NCBI RefSeq assembly: GCF_001194135.2
Contig: NC_068984.1
Location: forward strand, 129,597,686 to 129,643,776
Direction: 5' to 3'
DNA: 46,091 nucleotides
Origin: Octopus bimaculoides
Taxonomy: Eukaryota
Shown here: in pieces, positions 41,201 to 46,091 of the stretch
Layout: every line of letters starts with the position of its first letter
How positions within the stretch are numbered: position 1 is the stretch's first letter
Notes under the pieces: generated by a model
Told to the model about the DNA's origin: nothing
Seen by the model: the letters and a program-made list of their open reading frames with translations, nothing else
The model's database searches: none
Translations under genes and position numbers: made by a program

Positions 41201-42966
41201 AACTGCTAAATAGTGATTGGTCAGCAACTAGTTGGTTTTCATTCTACATTTGTATCAAATTTTTATTATTTCTCTGTATATGTGAAATAGATAGACAACA
41301 TGGCTCTGGTTGAATGATGGATAATTAAATCACAACCACAGTGTCAGATCATTGTGAAGTAAGACATATATAATTGGAGTATAGGTTTGAATACTGTTAC
41401 AGGAGTTGAGTGAGGTGTTCTACTTCATTCAGTCTGCCTAAATAATAGCAAGTTAATTTAGTAGGCTGATCTGAAGCAGATACGAAGGTTCAGCTCTGCT
41501 GTCCTTGAGAGCTTTTATATGCTGATGATTTGGTTTTCATAGCAGAATTTGTCAGTGTTGCAGAAAGACTTCCAAATCTGGAAGTGTAGTCCAAAAGCGT
41601 AAAACTCAGTATAGCAAAAACTCAAGTAGTAGTAGTTAGTAAAAGAGGGCATGAAATCAGTGTCACCCGGGAATGGACTTCCTAGATATGTAGATATGTG
41701 ATTCTGTGCTCAAAGGAAAAGGCCACAGTTTAATATATGCTTGATGCACATATGCAAGAGCACTTTTGAAAAGAAGCCTAGTAATTATTCAGTTTGCTGG
41801 ATATAATTGGTAGTTTCTCTTAACCTAGTGAAGTAAGTAATGTTGGAGGCAGTTGTAACCAAAGGATAGTAACTAAATAGCAGTGGGATCTAAATCACTT
41901 GATTTAGTGATAGAAAATGTTATTACTTGTCCTTGGGTTTCAAATGTCCACTTTTGTAAAACCTATTACGTGAAAAATTAATAATTTTTTTTACAATGAT
42001 TGGCAATAATGAACAAACAGATCACTTTGCACTTCCAAACATTTGGTCATTGGGTTAAGGAAGAACACCACACCTTAGCTGGATGACATTGTAAGAACTG
42101 TTGTGTTATTCAGGTGATTTGGTTTTAATTATTCTTGTGTCTACCCTCATGACTGTGTATCCGAAGCATAAATCTGATGCAAATGATGATGGTGCATTTA
42201 AAATAATTAATAAAAATAAAACGCCTGACTGGCCTTCGTAGAGATCGTTGCCAGTGCCCCTGGATTGGTTCTTGTGCGGGTGGCACATAAAATACACCAT
42301 TTTGAGCGTGGCCGTTGCCAGTACCGCCCTGACTGGCCTTCATGCGGGTGACACGTAAAAGCACCCACTACACTCTCTGAGTGGTTGGCGTTAGGAAGGG
42401 TATCCAGCTGTAGAAACTCTGCCAAATCAGATTGGAGGCTGGTGTTGGCATCTGGTTTCACCAGTCCTCAGTCAAATCGTCCAACCCATGCTAGCATGGA
42501 AAGCGGACGTTAAACGATGATGATGATAATCTCAAAGTGGAAATAATTATGGAGAGTAGCAAGACCCCCAGTGGAATGTTGGAAAGTGTTAATCTACAGT
42601 TGGTCACCTATGAAGACAAAGTGAAAGTCTGAGTTCCTACAAAAACTATAGCTTTCACCTAGTAAAGCCATTATTTTGGTTATTGAAGTAGAAATAATTG
42701 TCTGACACTGGATACAAACCATACGCAACAGTTCTAACTTATAATTATCTAGGCAGAACTCATTTGTATCCCAGACAGTATGTAAATAATGAATTCCATT
42801 GAAGACAAAGAAAGCAGTCCCCTGAATTTAAATTAAATATAGAATGCAGTGGTAAGTCAATTTGGTCGTTAGCATTATGTGATAAGTTCTGAATATGTGT
42901 TAAACTGTGTCTTATATTTTTGTTATATTCTCTCTCTCTCTCTTTTAGCTTACCTGTATTCGTTGA
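22742..42966 (+). CDS. CCT4: T-complex protein 1 subunit delta (chaperonin CCT/TRiC), 14 coding exons, ~531 aa
   Basis: Exons: 22742-22841, 27256-27308, 28445-28534, 28872-28980, 29775-29917, 30596-30717, 32085-32220, 32317-32456, 33404-33500, 34746-34853, 35113-35243, 38113-38347, 39853-39966, 42949-42966. Delta-specific N-terminus [17 protein letters not shown], plus [41 protein letters not shown] and KIDDV. Confidence 0.96.
23968..24055. repeat. (TA)n(CA)n microsatellite next to an N-gap
   Basis: Direct reading. Other simple repeats: poly-A 1-30, (GA)n ~5455-5482, poly-A ~10972-10991, (AAT)n ~28750-28773, (TA)n(TG)n ~29190-29232. Confidence 0.95.
25483..26111. mobile_element. Second copy of the same MITE family (contains an N-gap)
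   Basis: 37-bp TIR with one mismatch; perfect 8-bp TSD aaaattaa at 25475-25482 and 26112-26119; interior collinear with 15757-16349. Confidence 0.9.
26966..27134. mobile_element. ~165-bp MITE-like element with imperfect ~30-bp TIRs; inverted sister copy at 26228-26392
   Basis: atgtgagaagatactcctgctacc ... ggtagctggagtatctcttcacat; no TSD recognised. Confidence 0.55.
27256..27308 (+). CDS. CCT4: CCT4 exon 2
   Basis: [18 protein letters not shown]; ttacag/gtatgt. Confidence 0.96.
28445..28534 (+). CDS. CCT4: CCT4 exon 3
   Basis: [30 protein letters not shown]; tttcag/gtaagc. Confidence 0.97.
28872..28980 (+). CDS. CCT4: CCT4 exon 4
   Basis: [36 protein letters not shown]; ttgtag/gtactt. Confidence 0.97.
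29026..29440 (+). mobile_element. SINE family B head with alternative tail (type 2)
   Basis: B head and (TA)n(TG)n hinge followed by ...ggaaacaagtgagggttcacaacaggatgggcatc...; the same layout occurs at 11799-12205(+) and 1470-1830(-). Confidence 0.7.
29775..29917 (+). CDS. CCT4: CCT4 exon 5
   Basis: [15 protein letters not shown]...SASTALNSK; aatcag/gtaagc. Confidence 0.96.
30596..30717 (+). CDS. CCT4: CCT4 exon 6
   Basis: [20 protein letters not shown]...DINIVKKLG; ctctag/gtaagt. Confidence 0.96.
30790..31480 (-). mobile_element. Old CR1-like LINE remnant
   Basis: Decayed frames give ...SVFNDLSW and [14 protein letters not shown], as in CR1-group RT C-termini. Similar remnants: 4700-5400(-), 6290-6660(+), 18890-19250(+), 36440-37130(+), 39165-39365(+). 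Confidence 0.55.
31510..31624. mobile_element. Tc1/mariner-type terminal fragment
   Basis: Ends gactttttggacaccctg|TA (reverse complement TA|CAGGGTGTCCAAAAAGTC). Confidence 0.6.
31790..31980 (-). mobile_element. RTE LINE ORF C-terminal fragment
   Basis: [44 protein letters not shown] resembles the RTE GRGRPRKTW...DL...LWR tail. Confidence 0.7.
32085..32220 (+). CDS. CCT4: CCT4 exon 7
   Basis: [14 protein letters not shown]...[11 protein letters not shown]; ttacag/gtaggt. Confidence 0.97.
32317..32456 (+). CDS. CCT4: CCT4 exon 8
   Basis: [23 protein letters not shown]...IQKSILR; tttcag/gttaat. Confidence 0.97.
32735..32935 (-). mobile_element. Penelope pseudo-LTR-like segment carrying a hammerhead-like motif
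   Basis: The plus strand reads aaatattttcgtc...gacctgttcac, in the position where PLE repeats typically show tttcg...tcatcag (a reverse-strand hammerhead). Boundaries are approximate. Confidence 0.45.
32815..32865 (-). ncRNA. Candidate minimal type-I hammerhead ribozyme variant (G3:C8)
   Basis: UUUGUUA-GUGAACA-G-GUCGC-(9-nt loop)-GUGAC-GAA-AAUAUU-U-UGACAAA: stem I 7 bp, stem II 5 bp, palindromic stem III. Folded by eye only. Confidence 0.45.
33404..33500 (+). CDS. CCT4: CCT4 exon 9
   Basis: [32 protein letters not shown]; tttcag/gtagag. Confidence 0.97.
34746..34853 (+). CDS. CCT4: CCT4 exon 10
   Basis: [36 protein letters not shown]; ttgcag/gtaatg. Confidence 0.96.
35113..35243 (+). CDS. 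CCT4: CCT4 exon 11
   Basis: [43 protein letters not shown]; ctttag/gtaagt. Confidence 0.97.
35337..35700 (-). mobile_element. SINE family B copy
   Basis: Reverse complement of the 7747-8080 element; begins about 95 nt after CCT4 exon 11. Confidence 0.85.
35953..36150 (+). mobile_element. mariner-like transposon 5' end
   Basis: TA|catggtctgatcaataagtatccggact TIR-like start, then [10 protein letters not shown], like the mariner transposase N-terminus EQRICIKFC. Confidence 0.65.
38113..38347 (+). CDS. CCT4: CCT4 exon 12
   Basis: [10 protein letters not shown]...[15 protein letters not shown]...AGINVRK; ttgcag/gtaagt. Confidence 0.97.
38575..38789. mobile_element. piggyBac-type MITE (CCCTTTAGCATT TIR, decayed TTAA flanks)
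   Basis: cactttagcatt ... aatgctaaaggg; related fragments at 13281-13410 (intact TTAA|CCCTTTAGCATT), 15590-15680 and 44010-44090. Confidence 0.7.
39853..39966 (+). CDS. CCT4: CCT4 exon 13
   Basis: [38 protein letters not shown]; ttccag/gtaagt. Confidence 0.97.
40016..40405 (-). mobile_element. SINE family B, full-length copy
   Basis: Reverse complement of the 7747-8080 element; begins about 50 nt after CCT4 exon 13. Confidence 0.87.
41380..41700 (+). mobile_element. Decayed RTE-clade LINE RT fragment
   Basis: [15 protein letters not shown]...[12 protein letters not shown], with YADD at 41518-41529; matches the RTE-type [11 protein letters not shown]...VNxxKTK pattern. Confidence 0.75.
42949..42966 (+). 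CDS. CCT4: CCT4 probable terminal micro-exon (LTCIR*)
   Basis: Long (tc)n-ttttag acceptor, phase 0, ends in R-stop like other CCT4 proteins; AATAAA follows at 43134-43139. Too short to prove by homology. Confidence 0.65.
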   Translation, partial: LTCIR

Positions 42967-43133
42967 AAGAATCAGTTTCACCACACCTGGTGTCCCAGTG
43001 TAACTCGGACAGCCTACAGCCATTGATATTATCACCGTTGCTATTGTTGTCACTCTCACAAATGGATATTCTCAGTCCTTTGTTGGCTTACATTTAAGAT
43101 ATTTGCATTTTCAAGTTGTATTTCATTATTCTA

Positions 43134-43139
43134 AATAAA
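43134..43139 (+). terminator. Candidate CCT4 polyadenylation signal AATAAA
   Basis: About 170 nt after the predicted stop codon, followed by T-rich sequence. Confidence 0.5.
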
Positions 43140-44638
43140 CTTATTCAGTATTCAATCTTGGTTTCCTTTATTTCTATACATAAACTGAGTGTATGTGTGT
43201 TCATCATCACCCTCATCATTTAATGTTTGTTTTCTTGCTTGCATGGGTTGGACAGTTTGACAGGAACTAGCCAGCTGGAGAGCTGCACCAGGCTCCAGTT
43301 GTCTGTTCTGGCATAGCTTCTATGACTGGATGCTCTTCCTAATGCCAGCCACTTTACAGTGTACTGGATGCTTTTTACATAGCACCAGCACAGGTGCTTT
43401 TTAAGTGGTGCCAACACATTGGCTGGTGAGACTCAGCAGTTAGGATGGGCTGTTGAAGTATGTGTTGATGTTGTTAGTTTCTCTAACCAACAAAGACATG
43501 ACTAATTAAATTCAATTATTAACCAATACAGGATCTTCATTGTCACTTGGGCTGCAAAAAATAGCAGCCAAATTATTCTCAAAGTTCATCATACCATCTC
43601 AAAAATGAAACAACACATGACAATGTAGTTTTGGATGCAATGTCTGGGAATAAGATAGGATGGTCATTGCAGGAACACTTTGTAGTCTGGTCAGAGCTGG
43701 AACTAAATAACATCCAAGTGCTGTTTCTCTATTATTTCTTAGTAAGACTGAAAGTAGATGTTGTGAAGAATAGTAAAATATATTTTTCACTCAATGGTAT
43801 TCACTGCATTAAATAGGATCATTTGAACAAAGGTATCCATCAATAGGTGGCTAGGTTATTGGTGGATGGGGAATAGGTGTTGGTTGAGGGTTAGATGGTT
43901 GACTAGTCAGAAGGGAAGAAGGACAATACCAAAGCCTTCCTGATATCCTAACGAATGAGATAGATGTTCATTTTAGACTGCTACAGATTGTCTCAATGAA
44001 AGGATTAATCCTCTAGCATTGAAATCCAGCCAAAATATTCTAATTGTTTTATGTTCAAACTGGCCAGATCTTATCTCACACACTTAGCTCATAATTTTTA
44101 AAATTGTTATAGTCAAACAAATTCACCCCAGGGCTTATTTTCTTTTAGATCTTGGTATTGACTCTATTGATTTTTTTTTTTATATTTCTTTTTGCTGAAC
44201 CTCTAAGTTACAGGTACATAAACACACTAGCAATGGTTGTCAAGCAGTGAGTGGGGGGGACAAACAAACATAAAGACACACACACACATATATGGGCTTC
44301 TTTCAGTTTCTGTCTATTAAATCCACTGACAAGGATTTGGTTAGGCTGAAGTAGAAGACACATGGAAGCTTCTTACTGTACAACCACACCTGCGCCTATA
44401 TATATGTAATAAATATGTAACAATTAGATTATATATTATGCACTTTATTCTGTTTGGTCCTCCAATCTGTGGAAAAATTGTCTTGCATGAAACCAATTTA
44501 TGGTGCAAAAAAGTTTTGGTGTTAAATACAGCATTGTCTTTTTAAGACAATAGATATTACAAATATTTCCATAATTCTCAATTTCAATTAATGTACTACA
44601 GTAACTATGGATATATAAGCAGACGTACTTCAAGAGGT

Positions 44639-45013
44639 TGTTGTTGGCACTCTGTCGCTTACGACGTCGAGGGTTCCAGTTGACCCGATCAACGGAATAG
44701 CCTGCTCGTAAAATTAACGTGCAAGTGGCCGAGCACTCCACAGACACGTGTACCTTTAACGTAGTTCTCGGGGATATTCAGTGTGACAAGGCTGGCCCTT
44801 TGAATTACAGGCACAACAGAAGCAGGAAGTAAGAGTGAGAGAAAGTTGTGGTGGAAGAGTACAGCAGGGTTCGCCACCATCCCTTGCCGGAGCCTCGTGG
44901 AGCTTTAGGTGTTTTCGCTCAATAAACACTCACAACGCCCGGTCTGGGAATCGAAACCGCAATCCTATGACCGCGAGTCCGCTGCCCTAACCACTGGGCC
45001 ATTGCGCCTCCAC
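44639..45013 (-). mobile_element. Full-length tRNA-derived SINE (family C), with 12-bp TSD
   Basis: Head GGCGCAATGGCCCAGTGGTTAGGGCAGCGGACTCGCG...GGTTTCGATTCCC has A and B boxes and an Arg-like TCG loop; short (CAA)n tail. TSD acttcaagaggt at 44627-44638 and 45014-45025. Confidence 0.88.
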
Positions 45014-46091
45014 ACTTCAAGAGGTAACAGCTGGGATTTACACTAATTACCAATATAATATAGACATATACAGTACTGGAAACATTATTATAGATTTTTA
45101 GGAAACACTATATATTTTGCTTGTTTGGTTATTTAAATGAGACAAATAAATTTAAATCATATTAATTTTTACACAATTGCGATAACATTCTCTGCAGCTT
45201 ATATGGGTTTCTAGTGACATCTGGTAATAATGTGCTTCTGTTGTGTGACAACACTAAATTACATTATGCAACTCAGCTACTGCAGCCCATGTCCCTTTCA
45301 GTTTTATTTGAGTAATAGTTGGTGTAGGGTGCTTATTTGTGTTCTAGTGACTTTTTAGTTACTCAGTATTGTATCTATACTATAAATGGCAAATCTACTC
45401 TGTGTGTGTGTGTATGTTTAAAATTCATACATTTACACAATTCAAAATTTCTTCGATTAAACAATCGCAATTAATATTCTAAATACAATTTGTTAGGTCA
45501 CTGCGTCATTTTTTCACTCCCAAAATTTCCTAATAATGAATAAAATCCGTAAAACTACGGAGGTAAACATTTTCTCCCTAATAAAATCTAATTTCCTCTT
45601 TCTAATACAAATCCTTTCAACTCCTACTTTCTCTTATGAAGCTTTACGAAAAGTCCAACAACAAATACAAAAAGAAATGAAGGAGAAAAAGAAAACTATC
45701 AAAACTGAAACAATCACATTTCGATACTGTGATGATACTAAAACTACATACAGAATTACTTTGCCCCTCTAAAATTAACTATTTCTATTCCTCTTACACA
45801 TCGTTTCAATTGCTACTTTCTCTTACGAACGTTTACCAACGATCCGAGAAAAAAGACAAAGAAACGAAGGGGAGTGAGAGTCAAATAAATATTTTCCCCT
45901 GTAACACAATGTCATTTCCTCCTCTTTCTATAACAACTTTCACTTTTTATTCCGCACATGAAATGCCACCTATACACTTACATACAAATACACAAATACA
46001 TGCAAATACCTGTCACTTAGAAGAAGCTGCGATCAGATTCCTACATCCATTTGCGTGATGGCATGAATAATGACGCTGACCCAAGAAACAT

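Noticed and set aside
42114-42128. Alternative CCT4 last exons VIWF* (42114) and VKS* (40602)
   Set aside because: Weaker pyrimidine tracts and no R-stop ending; 42949-42966 fits better.
43500-43800. Possible minus-strand exons (DGMMNFENNLAAIFCSPSDNEDPVLVNN*; ORF 43599-43790)
   Set aside because: No recognisable homology and no consistent multi-exon model.
44930-45008. tRNA-Arg-like sequence (also at 11730-11790 and in family B heads)
   Set aside because: These are SINE heads continuing into the SINE body with a TSD, and the acceptor stem is not intact; not tRNA genes.

Overview
AT-rich, intron-rich animal genomic DNA with four N-gaps. The repeat families most resemble octopus (coleoid cephalopod) repeats; this is my recognition and has not been checked by a database search. 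The window holds two complete spliced genes arranged head-to-head, with 366 bp between their start codons. DTL/CDT2 (minus strand, 15 coding exons, 22375->2440, about 661 aa) is a WD40 substrate receptor of the CRL4 ligase with a C-terminal PIP-like box. CCT4/TCP-1 delta (plus strand, 14 coding exons, 22742->42966, about 531 aa) is a chaperonin subunit. Exons were read by hand, with GT-AG junctions and phases consistent throughout. The introns are filled with transposable elements: two tRNA-headed SINE families, a (GAT)n-tailed retro-repeat, decayed CR1-like, RTE and Penelope reverse-transcriptase fragments, a piggyBac transposase remnant, and hAT, mariner, piggyBac and 8-bp-TSD MITEs. Most short ORFs in the supplied track are repeat-derived noise. 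The most interesting candidates are: (1) a minimal type-I hammerhead-ribozyme-like fold with a compensatory G3:C8 core swap and palindromic stem III, in a Penelope-LTR-like segment of CCT4 intron 8; (2) inverted repeat copies bracketing the frame-symmetric DTL exon 4; (3) the compact DTL/CCT4 bidirectional promoter with CRE, HSE-like and E2F-like motifs; (4) modular SINEs that swap 3' tails; (5) a possible alternative hydrophobic terminal exon for DTL.
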